Positions 9,245 to 18,693 of a stretch of DNA of 64,000 nucleotides are shown piece after piece (the first letter of the stretch is position 1; every line of letters begins with the position of its first letter). The stretch is taken from positions 266,632 to 330,631 of the forward strand of contig CAWBRU010000002.1 in the NCBI GenBank assembly GCA_963791325.1. The letters run 5' to 3'. The notes beneath the pieces were generated by a model. It made no database searches and was not told where the DNA came from. It worked only from the letters and a program-made list of their open reading frames with translations. Position numbers and translations under genes: made by a program. Source of the stretch: an uncultured Alphaproteobacteria bacterium (GTDB lineage: Bacteria; Pseudomonadota; Alphaproteobacteria; Rhizobiales; Rhizobiaceae).

Positions 9245-10012
9245 ATGGCGTTCGAGCTCGGGGCGGGGCTGAAGGGCAAGGCCATTCTCGTTACCGGCGG
9301 CAGCGGCGGCATCGGCCGCGAAGTCTGCCTCGCCTTCGCCGGCGCCGGGGCGCGGGTGGCCGTCGTCGACCTCGACGTGGCGAGAGTCGAGGAGGTGGTC
9401 GCGGCGATGGAGGGCGGGCCGCATCTCGCGCTCGGGCACGACCTGAGACCGATCAGCGGCCATGCGGCGCTGGTCCAGCAGGTTCTCGACGCCTTCGGCA
9501 GTCTCGACGTTCTGGTCTGCGCCGCGGCCGTCCTGGTGCGCCGGCCCAGCGTGTTCGACGTCAGCGAGGCGGACTGGGATTTCCAGCACGACGTCAATCT
9601 GAAGGCCACCTTCTTCCTCAACCAGGCGGTCGCGCGGGTGATGAAGGATCAGGGCCGCGGCGGCCGGATCATCAATTTCACCTCGCAGGGCTGGCAGAGC
9701 GGCGGCTTCGGCGGCTCGGTCGCCTATGCCGCCACCAAGGGCGGCGTGGTGTCGATGACCCGCGGGCTGGCACGGTCCCTGGCCAAGGACAGGATCACCG
9801 TCAATGCCGTTTCGCCCGGCGCGGCCGATACGGCGATGATGCGCTCCGGCATGGACGAGGCCGCGCTCGCCGGGACCATTGCTCAGATCCCGCTGGGCTA
9901 CATGGCCGAGCCTGCGGAACTGGCCGGCTCGGTGCTGTTTCTCGCCTCCGACCATGCCGGCTACATCACCGGCGCCACCCTCAATGTGAGCGGCGGCTGG
10001 CTGATGTACTGA
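9245..10012 (+). CDS. SDR-family oxidoreductase
   Basis: ATG at 9245. KAILVTGGSGGIGREV, YAATKGG and NAVSPGAADT are present. Confidence 0.85.
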   Translation: MAFELGAGLKGKAILVTGGSGGIGREVCLAFAGAGARVAVVDLDVARVEEVVAAMEGGPHLALGHDLRPISGHAALVQQVLDAFGSLDVLVCAAAVLVRRPSVFDVSEADWDFQHDVNLKATFFLNQAVARVMKDQGRGGRIINFTSQGWQSGGFGGSVAYAATKGGVVSMTRGLARSLAKDRITVNAVSPGAADTAMMRSGMDEAALAGTIAQIPLGYMAEPAELAGSVLFLASDHAGYITGATLNVSGGWLMY

Positions 10013-10096
10013 GCCCGGGCGCGGAGCGCAAACTTTGTGTCGCCTCGCGATCCGGCCAGGGGGTCGAGGTGAGGATCGGCGTGAAGGGAGGCTGCC

Positions 10097-10873
10097 ATGA
10101 GCAAATCGCTGAGCGGAAAAGTGGCCGTCGTCACCGGTGCCGGCCGCGGCATCGGCGCGGCGATCGCCGCACGGCTGCTCGACGACGGTGCCGACGTGTT
10201 CGCGCTCGACAAGGCTGCGCCGGAGGAGCCGCATCCGGGCGTCAGCTATCTCGAGACCGACGTCACCGACCCGGCCAGCGTCGCCGACGCTTTCCGGGCA
10301 ATCGACAGCCGAGGCGGACGGCTCGATATCCTGGTCAGCAATGCCGGGATCCAGCGCGTCGGGCTGATCGGCAAGATCTCCTATGCCGACTTCTCGGCAG
10401 TGATCGCCACGCACCTCAACGGGCTCTTCCTGTGCGCCTCAGAAGCAGTGCCGCGCATGGTCGCGGCCGGCAACGGCGGCGCGATTGTCAGCATCGCCTC
10501 GACCGCAGCGTTCGTCGGCCTGCCGGGGCGCGGCCCGTACTGCGCGGCGAAGGCGGGGATCCTCGGCCTGACCCGTGCGCTGGCGCTCGAAGTGGCAAGC
10601 GCCGGCATCCGCGTCAATGCCGTCGCGCCTGGCTTCACCCGCACCAAATTCATCGAACAGGGGCTGAAGGACGGGTCGCTGCAGGAGGACTGGATGGTGG
10701 CCCGCGTGCCGATGAAGCGGCTCGCTGCGACCGACGAGATCGCCGAGGCGGTGCGCTTCCTGGCCGGCGGGGAATCCTCCTACATGACCGGCCAGAGCCT
10801 GGTCGTCGACGGCGGCTGGATCGTCCAGGGGATCCCGGAGGCGCCGACCTGGCTGAAGACACCGGCGACATGA
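10097..10873 (+). CDS. SDR-family oxidoreductase
   Basis: 258 aa with KVAVVTGAGRGIGAAIA, YCAAKAG and NAVAPGFT. The RBS GAAGGGAGG lies upstream. Confidence 0.85.
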   Translation: MSKSLSGKVAVVTGAGRGIGAAIAARLLDDGADVFALDKAAPEEPHPGVSYLETDVTDPASVADAFRAIDSRGGRLDILVSNAGIQRVGLIGKISYADFSAVIATHLNGLFLCASEAVPRMVAAGNGGAIVSIASTAAFVGLPGRGPYCAAKAGILGLTRALALEVASAGIRVNAVAPGFTRTKFIEQGLKDGSLQEDWMVARVPMKRLAATDEIAEAVRFLAGGESSYMTGQSLVVDGGWIVQGIPEAPTWLKTPAT

Positions 10874-12435
10874 TCCCAGGTCGGTTCAACCTGGCGGACC
10901 ATTGCGTCGGCCACGCAGCACGGGCCGTTCCCGGCAAGGCCGCGCTGCTGGTCGTCGACGACGTCGATCGGCCCGAAACGGCTGAGCGCTGGACTTACCA
11001 GGCGCTCGACCTCGCCGTCCGGCGCATTGCCGGCGGGCTGCTGGCGGAAGGACTGCTGCCGGGAGAACGCATCCTATTGCGGCTTCCCAACCGCAGCGAC
11101 GTCGCCCTGGTTTTCCTCGGCGCGATCGCGGCCGGGCTGGTGCCGGTGCCGACCTCGCCGCAGCTGACCGCAGCCGATTCCGCCTTCCTGCTGGCGGATG
11201 CCGCAGCGGCCGCGGTGGTCCATGGCGGCGGCGTGCCGCTCGGGCAGGTGCCGGCGCGCTGCAAGGTGCTCGGCGAAGCGGAGCTTGCCCGGCTCAAGGC
11301 CGCGACGCCGCTGCCGAGCTATGCGGCGACGATGGCCGAGGCCCCGGCCTTCATGATCTACACCTCGGGCACGTCGGCGCAGCCGAAGGGCGTGGTGCAT
11401 GCGCAGCGCACGGTGATCGGCCGGGTGCCGATGCAGCGGGAGTGGCAGGGCCTGTCGGCAGCCGACGTGATGCTCCACGCCGGCGCCTTCAACTGGAGCT
11501 TCACCCTGGGCGTCGGCCTGCTCGACCCGTGGTCGGCGGGGGCGACGGCCGTGCTCTACACGGGACCCAAGGACATCGCGATGTGGCCGCGGCTGATCGA
11601 TGCCGTCGGGGCGACGCTGTTCGCGGCCGTGCCGTCGCTCTACCGGCAGATCCTGAAATATTGCCTGCTGGAACCCGGCTGTCTTGCCACCCTACGCCAT
11701 GGGCTGGCCGCCGGCGAGGCGCTCGCCCCGGCGGTCTTGGAGGACTGGCGGCGGGCCACCGGCAAGGAGCTCTACGAAGCCTTCGGGATGAGCGAATGCT
11801 CGACCTTCGTGTCGAACGGCGCCGGGCGGCCGATCCGCCCGGGCAGCCCCGGCAAGCCGCAGGGCGGGCGGCCGATCGCCATCCTGCCTGTCGACGGCGG
11901 CACGACGCCGGCCGCGGCGGGCAGCGCCGGACTGCTTTCCATCGGCCGCGGCGACGCCGGCCTGATGCTCGGCTATTGGAACCGTCCCGAGGCGGAGGAG
12001 CAGGCTTTTCGCGGCGACTGGTTCGTCAGCGGCGATCTCGCCGTGTTCGACGATGACGGCTATCTTTGGCATCGCGGCCGCGCCGACGAGGTGCTCAATG
12101 CCGGCGGGTACCGAGTGTCGCCGCGGGACGTGGAGAGCGCGCTTTCGGCCTGCCCGGGCGTGGCCGAGGTGGCGGTGGCGGAGTATCGGCCGCGGCCCGA
12201 CGTCACCGTCCTCGCCGCCTTCGTCGTCCGGGCCGAAGGGTGTGCCGTGACGGCAGACGAGATCCTCGCCGCCGCGGCGGAACGGCTCGCCGGCTACAAG
12301 CGGCCGAAACAGCTGTTCTTCGTGCGCAGCTTGCCGCGCAGTGCCAACGGCAAGCTGCTCCGCCGGGCGCTGCCCGGCTTGGCCGAGACCGCCGAAGCTA
12401 CACCTCAAGCACCAGTGTCGGCGCCCCCGTCCTGA
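10870..12435 (+). CDS. AMP-dependent synthetase/ligase (acyl/aryl-CoA ligase)
   Basis: The ATG at 10870 overlaps the SDR stop. The AMP-binding motif IYTSGTSAQPKGVVH, a later GDWFVSGD and the C-terminal GKLLRR are present. Confidence 0.85.
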   Translation: MIPGRFNLADHCVGHAARAVPGKAALLVVDDVDRPETAERWTYQALDLAVRRIAGGLLAEGLLPGERILLRLPNRSDVALVFLGAIAAGLVPVPTSPQLTAADSAFLLADAAAAAVVHGGGVPLGQVPARCKVLGEAELARLKAATPLPSYAATMAEAPAFMIYTSGTSAQPKGVVHAQRTVIGRVPMQREWQGLSAADVMLHAGAFNWSFTLGVGLLDPWSAGATAVLYTGPKDIAMWPRLIDAVGATLFAAVPSLYRQILKYCLLEPGCLATLRHGLAAGEALAPAVLEDWRRATGKELYEAFGMSECSTFVSNGAGRPIRPGSPGKPQGGRPIAILPVDGGTTPAAAGSAGLLSIGRGDAGLMLGYWNRPEAEEQAFRGDWFVSGDLAVFDDDGYLWHRGRADEVLNAGGYRVSPRDVESALSACPGVAEVAVAEYRPRPDVTVLAAFVVRAEGCAVTADEILAAAAERLAGYKRPKQLFFVRSLPRSANGKLLRRALPGLAETAEATPQAPVSAPPS

Positions 12436-12634
12436 CATCGTCGCCAACCTTGATCAGGATCTCGGCAACCGTGCCGGCAAACGGCGCCGGCACCTCGACC
12501 TGGGTCTTGTCGGTCTCGACCACGAACAGGGTCTGCCCCTCGCCCACCTTGGCACCGATTTCGACCTGGATGGCATTGATGACGACTTCGTCGATGGCGT
12601 CGCCGACCTTCGGCATCTTGAGTGTGGACCGCAT
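12398..12634 (-). CDS. stand-alone lipoyl-attachment domain protein (78 aa)
   Basis: MRSTLKMPKVGDAIDEVVINAIQVEIGAKVGEGQTLFVVETDKTQVEVPAPFAGTVAEILIKVGDDV contains an E2-type lipoyl-lysine motif (ETDK). GGGAGGG lies 6 nt upstream of the ATG at 12634. No E2 catalytic domain follows. Confidence 0.75.
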   Translation of the reverse strand: MRSTLKMPKVGDAIDEVVINAIQVEIGAKVGEGQTLFVVETDKTQVEVPAPFAGTVAEILIKVGDDVRTGAPTLVLEV

Positions 12635-12797
12635 CTGCCGCCCTCCCTGGATGTGATCGCCGGAGGGTGGTTGCGAGACGCCCCGGCTGAGATTTCTGGC
12701 CCGGACATTTGTAAATAAAAACGTTTCCAAATTTCAAGGCTTACGCTAGCTTTCCGGGACGATACCGGTAGCATCGCGGCGGATTGGGAGGTTTGTC

Positions 12798-13805
12798 TTG
12801 GCGAAGATCTGGATCCGGCAGGCTGTGCTGCGCGCCCTCGACGACGCGATGGCGGACGATCCGACGGTGATTCTGATGGGCGAGGACATCGCCGCGGCAG
12901 GCGGCCCGTTCAAGGTCACCGAGGGGCTGCTTGCTGCGCACGGTCCCGAACGCGTCATCGACACGCCGATTTCGGAGATGGCGTTTATGGGTGCGGCCGT
13001 CGGCGCCGCCGTCTGCGGGCTGAAGCCGGTCGTCGAGATCATGTTCATCGAATTTCTCGGCGTGGCGCTCGACCAGCTGACCACGCAGGCGGCGACGATG
13101 CGCTATCTGTCGCGCGGCCGCCTGACGACGCCGCTGGTGGTGCGCGCCTCGGCCGGCGCCGGCCAGGGTTTCGGCTGCCAGCATTCGCAGATGCTCGACC
13201 ATTGGCTGCGCGGCACGCCCGGGCTGAAGCTCTGCGTCACCAGCAATGCGCGGACCACTTACGGGCTGCTGCGCTCGGCGATCGAAGACCCGGATCCGGT
13301 CGTGGTGCTTGAGCCGCGCATCCTCTATTCCGAACGTGAGGAATACGAGTTCGACCGCAACTACCGGATCCCGCTCGGTCAGGCCGAGATCGTCAAGCCG
13401 GGCACGGACGTCACCCTGCTCGCCTGCGGGGCGATGGTCCGCGTGGCCCGCGAAGCGGCAGAACGCAGCGAGGCCGATGTCGAGGTGATCGATATGCTGA
13501 CGCTATGGCCCTGGGACCGGACGGCGGTGCTCGACTCGGTCGCGCGCACCGGCCGCCTGGTGACGCTGGAGGAGGCGCCGGCCGGCAGCGGCTGGGGCGG
13601 CGACGTAGTCGCATTGGTCGCCACGGAGGCCTTCGGAACGCTCAAGGCGCCGCCGCACCGCATCACGCTGCCGGATGCGCCGGTTCCTTACAGCGGCCAG
13701 CTCGAGGCGCGCTATCTGCCGAGCCCCGACTACGTCGCCGGGCAGATCGCGACCCTGGTGTCGACCAACAAAGCGCCGCTGCCCTGGTGGAGGAATGCCG
13801 CATGA
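12798..13805 (+). CDS. 2-oxoacid (pyruvate/acetoin-type) dehydrogenase E1 component, beta subunit
   Basis: 335 aa with a TTG start after GGGAGG. ILMGEDIAAAGGPFKVTEGL..GPERVIDTPISE is the transketolase-like pyrimidine-binding domain. Confidence 0.85.
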   Translation: MAKIWIRQAVLRALDDAMADDPTVILMGEDIAAAGGPFKVTEGLLAAHGPERVIDTPISEMAFMGAAVGAAVCGLKPVVEIMFIEFLGVALDQLTTQAATMRYLSRGRLTTPLVVRASAGAGQGFGCQHSQMLDHWLRGTPGLKLCVTSNARTTYGLLRSAIEDPDPVVVLEPRILYSEREEYEFDRNYRIPLGQAEIVKPGTDVTLLACGAMVRVAREAAERSEADVEVIDMLTLWPWDRTAVLDSVARTGRLVTLEEAPAGSGWGGDVVALVATEAFGTLKAPPHRITLPDAPVPYSGQLEARYLPSPDYVAGQIATLVSTNKAPLPWWRNAA

Positions 13806-14836
13806 CCCTTTCCAACTCCAATTCCCCGCTCGCCCGCCGCGAGGCGCTCAAGGACCGGGTCGAGCAGCTGCGCCGCATGATCGAGATCCGTTCGGTCGAG
13901 GAGCGCATCCAGAAGCTGTTTGCCGAAGGCCATATTCGCGGCAGCACCCACCTCGCCAGCGGACAGGAGGCGGTCTCGGTCGGCATTGCCCGCGCGATCG
14001 ATCCCGACGACATCGTCACCTGCACCTATCGCGGCCACGGCCATGCCCTGGCGCTGGGCGTCACCCCGACCGGGGTGATCGGCGAAATCTGTGGACGGGT
14101 CGTCGGCTGCGCCGGCGGCCTTGGCGGCTCGATGCACCTGGTCGAGCCCGCGGTCGGCCTCTTGCCCACTGCCGCGATCATCGGCGCCGGCCTGCCGATC
14201 GCCTGCGGTGTAGCGATGGCAGCGCGCGCCCGCGGCAAGGACCGCGTCGCGGTCGCCGTGTTCGGCGACGGCTCGGCCAATATCGGCGCGTTTCACGAGG
14301 CCCTGAACTTCGCCGCCATCCAGAAGCTGCCGGTGGTGTTTGTCTGCGAGAACAACCTCTACGGCGAGTATACGAGGATCCAGCTCTCGACCCCGGTCGA
14401 GGACATCGCCGTGCGGGCGTCGAGCTACAACATTCCGGGCGTCATCGTCGATGGCCAGGACGTCGACAAGGTCGCCGAGGCGATGGCAGCGGCGGTGGAG
14501 CGGGCGCGCCGCGGCGATGGGCCGTCGCTGGTCGAAATGAAGACCTACCGCTATTCGGGACACTCGCGCTCCGATCCGGCGACCTACCGGCCGGCGGGCG
14601 AGCTCGATGCCTGGCTGAAGCGCGATCCGATCGACATCCTCGCCGGACGGCTGGTCGAAGAAAAGCTGCTGGCGCCGGATGGGCTCGACCCGCTCAAGGC
14701 AGAGGTCCGCGAGAGTGTCGAAGGCGCCACGGCCGAGGTGCTGGCCGCGCCGGCACCGGACCTCGAGGAGATCACTGCCCATGTCGGAGGGCACTCCGGA
14801 AGCCCCGACGCCCGCCACACGTTCTGGCCGGGCTGA
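13802..14836 (+). CDS. 2-oxoacid dehydrogenase E1 component, alpha subunit (TPP-binding)
   Basis: The ATG at 13802 overlaps the beta-subunit stop. GSTHLASGQEAVSVG, YRGHGHAL, GDGSANIGAFHEALNFAA and VCENNLYG are present. Confidence 0.85.
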   Translation: MTLSNSNSPLARREALKDRVEQLRRMIEIRSVEERIQKLFAEGHIRGSTHLASGQEAVSVGIARAIDPDDIVTCTYRGHGHALALGVTPTGVIGEICGRVVGCAGGLGGSMHLVEPAVGLLPTAAIIGAGLPIACGVAMAARARGKDRVAVAVFGDGSANIGAFHEALNFAAIQKLPVVFVCENNLYGEYTRIQLSTPVEDIAVRASSYNIPGVIVDGQDVDKVAEAMAAAVERARRGDGPSLVEMKTYRYSGHSRSDPATYRPAGELDAWLKRDPIDILAGRLVEEKLLAPDGLDPLKAEVRESVEGATAEVLAAPAPDLEEITAHVGGHSGSPDARHTFWPG

Positions 14837-14875
14837 GCCGGCGGTCGCCGCTATCGGCGGCAAGAGGACTGCCCG

Positions 14876-16087
14876 ATGGCCGTGGGCATTTTGGCGGGGA
14901 TGAGCATCGTCGAGGGCTCGGCCTTCATCGCCGCCCCGCTCGGCGGCATGACCTTGGCGCAGCTCGGCGCCGACGTGATCCGCTACGACCCGATCGGCGG
15001 CGGCCTCGATTACGGCCGCTGGCCGCTGGCGCCGAACGGTGCCAGCCTGTTCTGGGCCGGCATGAACAAGGGCAAGCGCTCGATCCGGCTCGACCTGCGC
15101 TCGCGCCACGCGCAGGAGATCATCGCCGCGCTGATCACCCGCCCCGGCCCCGATCATGGCTTCTACCTCACCAATCTGCCGGCCAAAGGCGCGCTGTCCT
15201 TCGCGGCATTGCGGCAGCAGCGCCGCGATCTGGTGATGGTGGCGCTGTCGGGCAATGCCGACGGCTCAAGCGAGGTGGACTATACGGTCAATGCCGCGGC
15301 CGGCTTCCCGGCGATCACCGGGCCGTCCGGCTCGGACGAGCCGGTGAACAGCGTCCTGCCGGCCTGGGACATCGCCATGGGCGAACTCGCGGCGGTCGGG
15401 CTCTTGGCCGCCGACCGCCGGCGCAGCCGGACCGGGGAAGGCGCGCTGGTCGAGCTGGCGCTGTCGGACGTCGCCTTCGCCACCGTCGGCCATCTCGGGC
15501 GCATCGCCCAGGCCGAGCTCGGCGACCAGCCGAGCAAGGACGGCAACTATCTGTTCGGCGCGTTCGGCCGGGATTTTGCCACCGCCGATGAGGGGCGCGT
15601 GATGGTCGTCGCGCTGACTTCGCGACAGTGGCGGGCGTTGCAAGAAGCCACCGGCCTCGATGTTCCGGCGATCGCCGCCGGCACCGCCGCCGACCTCGCC
15701 GATGAGGGTGGCCGCTATGCCGCCCGCGAAGCCATCGCCGCCGCCCTGGCGCCGTGGTTCATGGCCCGCGACCTGGCGCAGGTGACGGCGGCGCTGCGTG
15801 CGCACCAGGTCTGTTTCGGCCCTTACCGGAATTTCCGGCAGCTGGTGGAGGAGGACGAGCGCTGCTCAACCGCCAACCCGCTGTTTCAAGACGTCGACCA
15901 TCCCGGCATCGGCCCGCTGCGGACCCCAGGATCGCCGCTGCGCTTCAGCAGCGCCGATGCCGTGCCGCCCTTGGCGGCCCCGCGGCTCGGACAGCATACC
16001 GACGAGATCCTCACCGAACTGGGGCTCGGCGACCGCGAGATCGGCCGCCTCCACGACCGCGGCATCGTGGCCGGGCCGGTTGATTGA
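14876..16087 (+). CDS. family III CoA-transferase (CaiB/BaiF-like)
   Basis: 403 aa with IAAPLGGMTLAQLGADVIRYDP ... NKGKRSIRLDL. Confidence 0.85.
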   Translation: MAVGILAGMSIVEGSAFIAAPLGGMTLAQLGADVIRYDPIGGGLDYGRWPLAPNGASLFWAGMNKGKRSIRLDLRSRHAQEIIAALITRPGPDHGFYLTNLPAKGALSFAALRQQRRDLVMVALSGNADGSSEVDYTVNAAAGFPAITGPSGSDEPVNSVLPAWDIAMGELAAVGLLAADRRRSRTGEGALVELALSDVAFATVGHLGRIAQAELGDQPSKDGNYLFGAFGRDFATADEGRVMVVALTSRQWRALQEATGLDVPAIAAGTAADLADEGGRYAAREAIAAALAPWFMARDLAQVTAALRAHQVCFGPYRNFRQLVEEDERCSTANPLFQDVDHPGIGPLRTPGSPLRFSSADAVPPLAAPRLGQHTDEILTELGLGDREIGRLHDRGIVAGPVD

Positions 16088-16110
16088 GCCGAGGTCGGCT
16101 TGACCAGCGC

Positions 16111-16206
16111 GGATCACCGAGTGTTCGAATCGGTGCTCCGCTCCAAGTCTTTGTTTTTTCGCAATTCCGGACGGAAAACCGTCGCCGCTTTTCCTGGAAT
16201 TGCTCT
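16111..16206 (+). repeat. ~95-bp intergenic repeat, copy 2
   Basis: GGATCACCGAGTGTTCGAATCGGTGCTCCGCTCCAAGTCTTTGTTTTTTCGCAATTCCGGACGGAAAACCGTCGCCGCTTTTCCTGGAATTGCTCT. Its right end abuts or overlaps the TAG stop (16205-16207) of the minus-strand E1-like gene. Confidence 0.7.
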
Positions 16207-18598
16207 AATCGAGCGCGCGCAGATAGCGCACCGGCCGCCCCGCCGAGATCCGTTCGGCAGCGGTGGCAATCGAGTTGGCGTCGATGCCGAAGTGACGGTA
16301 GAGATCGGCGATCGAAGCGGACTGGCCGAAATGCTCGACGCCGAGGCTGCGGGTCCGGTGGCCGAACACCGAGCCCAGCCAGCCAAGCCCGGCCGGATGG
16401 CCATCGATGACGGTGACCAGCGCGCAATGGCTGGGCACATCGGCAAGCAGCCGCTCGATGTGGCTTCGCGCATGCACCAAACCGCGCTCGCGGGCGCGGC
16501 TCGCGGCGGTCCAGCCGGCATTCAGCCGGTCGGCCGAGGTCACCGCGAGCAGGCCGACGTCGCGGCGGTCTTCGGCGAGCAGGCCGACGGCGGCGATTGC
16601 CTCGGGCGCCACGGCGCCCTGATAGGCGATCACGACCTCGGCGTTGGGGCCGGGCCGTCGCAGCCAATAGCCACCGTCGACGATCGCCTCTTCGAGCTCC
16701 GCCGTCATCGTCCGGGCAATCTGCTCCACCGGCCGGGTCGACAGGCGCAGATATACCGATCCGCCGGTTTCTTCCCTCAGCCAAGTGCGCTCGGACTGCA
16801 CCGCTTCGCCGTCGCGCTGCATATAATCGAGCGCAAAGCGCATCATCACCGCAAGCTCGTCGACAAAGGCGGGCTCGAAGGCTGCGAGCCCGTCCTGCGC
16901 CATGCCGATTAGCGGCGTGGCAATCGACTGATGCGCCCCACCCTCCGGCGCAAGCGTGACGCCGGACGGGGTGGCGACCAGCAGGAAGCGCGCATCCTGA
17001 TAGCAAGCATAGTTGAGCGCATCGAGGCCGCGCTGGATGAACGGATCGTAGAGCGTGCCGATCGGCAGCAGGCGGCGCCCGAACAGGCTATGCGACAGGC
17101 CAAGCGCGGAGAGCAGGATGAACAGGTTGTTCTCGGCGATGCCGAGCTCCAGATGCTGCCCCGCGGTGCCGAACTCCCACTTCTGCGCCGAGGCGATGCG
17201 CTCCTTGCGGAACGTGTCGGCGAGCGCCGCGCGCGCGAACAGGCCGCGGCGGTTGACCCAGGGACCGAGATTGGTGGACACGGTGACATCGGGCGAGGCG
17301 GTCACGATCGCATCGGCAAGCGCACTGCCCGAGCGCGCCAGCTCATCGAGGATCCGGCCGAAGCCGGCCTGCGTCGACAGCACCCCTTTGGCCTCGACGG
17401 CGAGCCGCTCAGGCACCGGCACCGGGTCGGCCTGATGGCGGCGCTGCCCCTTGGCGCCGAACGGCACCTGACGGAGAAAGGCGCCAAGCGCGCCGTGGTC
17501 GAGCGCGAGGCCTTCGAAGGGCTCCCATTCGCGGCCCTCGCCGATCGCCATTTCGGCCCGCAGAGCCTCGATCTGCGCCGTGGTCATCAGCCCGGCATGA
17601 TTGTCCTTGTGCCCGGCCAGCGGCAGGCCGCGGCCCTTGATGGTATAGGCGATGAAGCAGGTCGGCCGGTCGCTGGCGCGCGCCTGCTCGAAAGCGGCGA
17701 GCAGGCTCGGCAGATCATGGCCGCCGAGATTGGTCATCAGTTCGGCCAACTCGGCATCGGAATGCCGCTCGATCAGCGCCCGGACGGCGGCGCCTTGGCC
17801 GAGATCGGCCAGCAGCCGCTTACGCCAGGCGCTGCCGCCCTGGAAGGTCAGGGCCGAATAGAGCTGGTTGGGACAGTCATCGATCCACGCCTTGAGAGCG
17901 TCGCCCCCAGGCCGAGCGAAAGCCGCTTCGAGCAGAGTTCCATATTTGAGGACGACGACGTCCCAGCCGAAATTGCGAAAGATGCTCTCGAACCGCTGCC
18001 ACAGGCCTTCGCGCACCACCGCGTCGAGGCTCTGGCGATTGTAGTCAACCACCCACCAGCAGTTGCGCACGCCATGCTTCCAGCCTTCGAGCAGCGCCTC
18101 GAAGATATTGCCTTCATCCATTTCGGCATCGCCGACGACGGCGACCATCCGCCCGATGGGCATGGTCGCGTCGCGTGCCGCCAGATAGTCCTGGACCAAG
18201 GCGGCAAACAGGGTCTGCGCCACGCCAAGTCCGACCGACCCGGTCGAGAAATCGACATCGTCGCTGTCCTTGGTGCGGGAGGGATAGCTCTGGGCGCCGC
18301 CGAGAGCGCGGAATCGCTCCAGCTTGGAGCGGTCCTGGTTGCCGAGCAGGTATTGAATCGCGTGAAAAATCGGCGAGGCGTGCGGCTTCACCGCGACCCG
18401 GTCTTCAGGCCTGAGCGCTGAAAAATAGAGCGCGGTCAGGATGGTCGCCACCGAGGCCGAGGACGCCTGGTGGCCGCCGACCTTCAGCCCATCGGCGCTG
18501 TCGCGCAGATGGTTGGCATTGTGGATCGTCCAAGTCGACAGCCACAGCGCTTTTCGCTCCAGCGCCGAAAGCATGCGCAAGGTTCGGCTGTCGACCAT
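16205..18598 (-). CDS. homodimeric-type 2-oxoacid dehydrogenase E1 / transketolase-like protein (AceE-like, 797 aa)
   Basis: LWLSTWTIHNANHLRDSADGLKVGGHQASSASVATILTALYF ... GDAEMDEGN is typical of the AceE-like TPP enzyme N-terminus. The ORF is intact. Confidence 0.8.
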   Translation of the reverse strand: MVDSRTLRMLSALERKALWLSTWTIHNANHLRDSADGLKVGGHQASSASVATILTALYFSALRPEDRVAVKPHASPIFHAIQYLLGNQDRSKLERFRALGGAQSYPSRTKDSDDVDFSTGSVGLGVAQTLFAALVQDYLAARDATMPIGRMVAVVGDAEMDEGNIFEALLEGWKHGVRNCWWVVDYNRQSLDAVVREGLWQRFESIFRNFGWDVVVLKYGTLLEAAFARPGGDALKAWIDDCPNQLYSALTFQGGSAWRKRLLADLGQGAAVRALIERHSDAELAELMTNLGGHDLPSLLAAFEQARASDRPTCFIAYTIKGRGLPLAGHKDNHAGLMTTAQIEALRAEMAIGEGREWEPFEGLALDHGALGAFLRQVPFGAKGQRRHQADPVPVPERLAVEAKGVLSTQAGFGRILDELARSGSALADAIVTASPDVTVSTNLGPWVNRRGLFARAALADTFRKERIASAQKWEFGTAGQHLELGIAENNLFILLSALGLSHSLFGRRLLPIGTLYDPFIQRGLDALNYACYQDARFLLVATPSGVTLAPEGGAHQSIATPLIGMAQDGLAAFEPAFVDELAVMMRFALDYMQRDGEAVQSERTWLREETGGSVYLRLSTRPVEQIARTMTAELEEAIVDGGYWLRRPGPNAEVVIAYQGAVAPEAIAAVGLLAEDRRDVGLLAVTSADRLNAGWTAASRARERGLVHARSHIERLLADVPSHCALVTVIDGHPAGLGWLGSVFGHRTRSLGVEHFGQSASIADLYRHFGIDANSIATAAERISAGRPVRYLRALD

Positions 18599-18693
18599 CT
18601 GCTCCCCCCGATCAGGCTGTTGCGCAGGTTAGTGCGCCAGCCCCGTCAACGTCAAAGATGTTGATCGCTCAAAGGGCTCTTCCAGACTATCTC

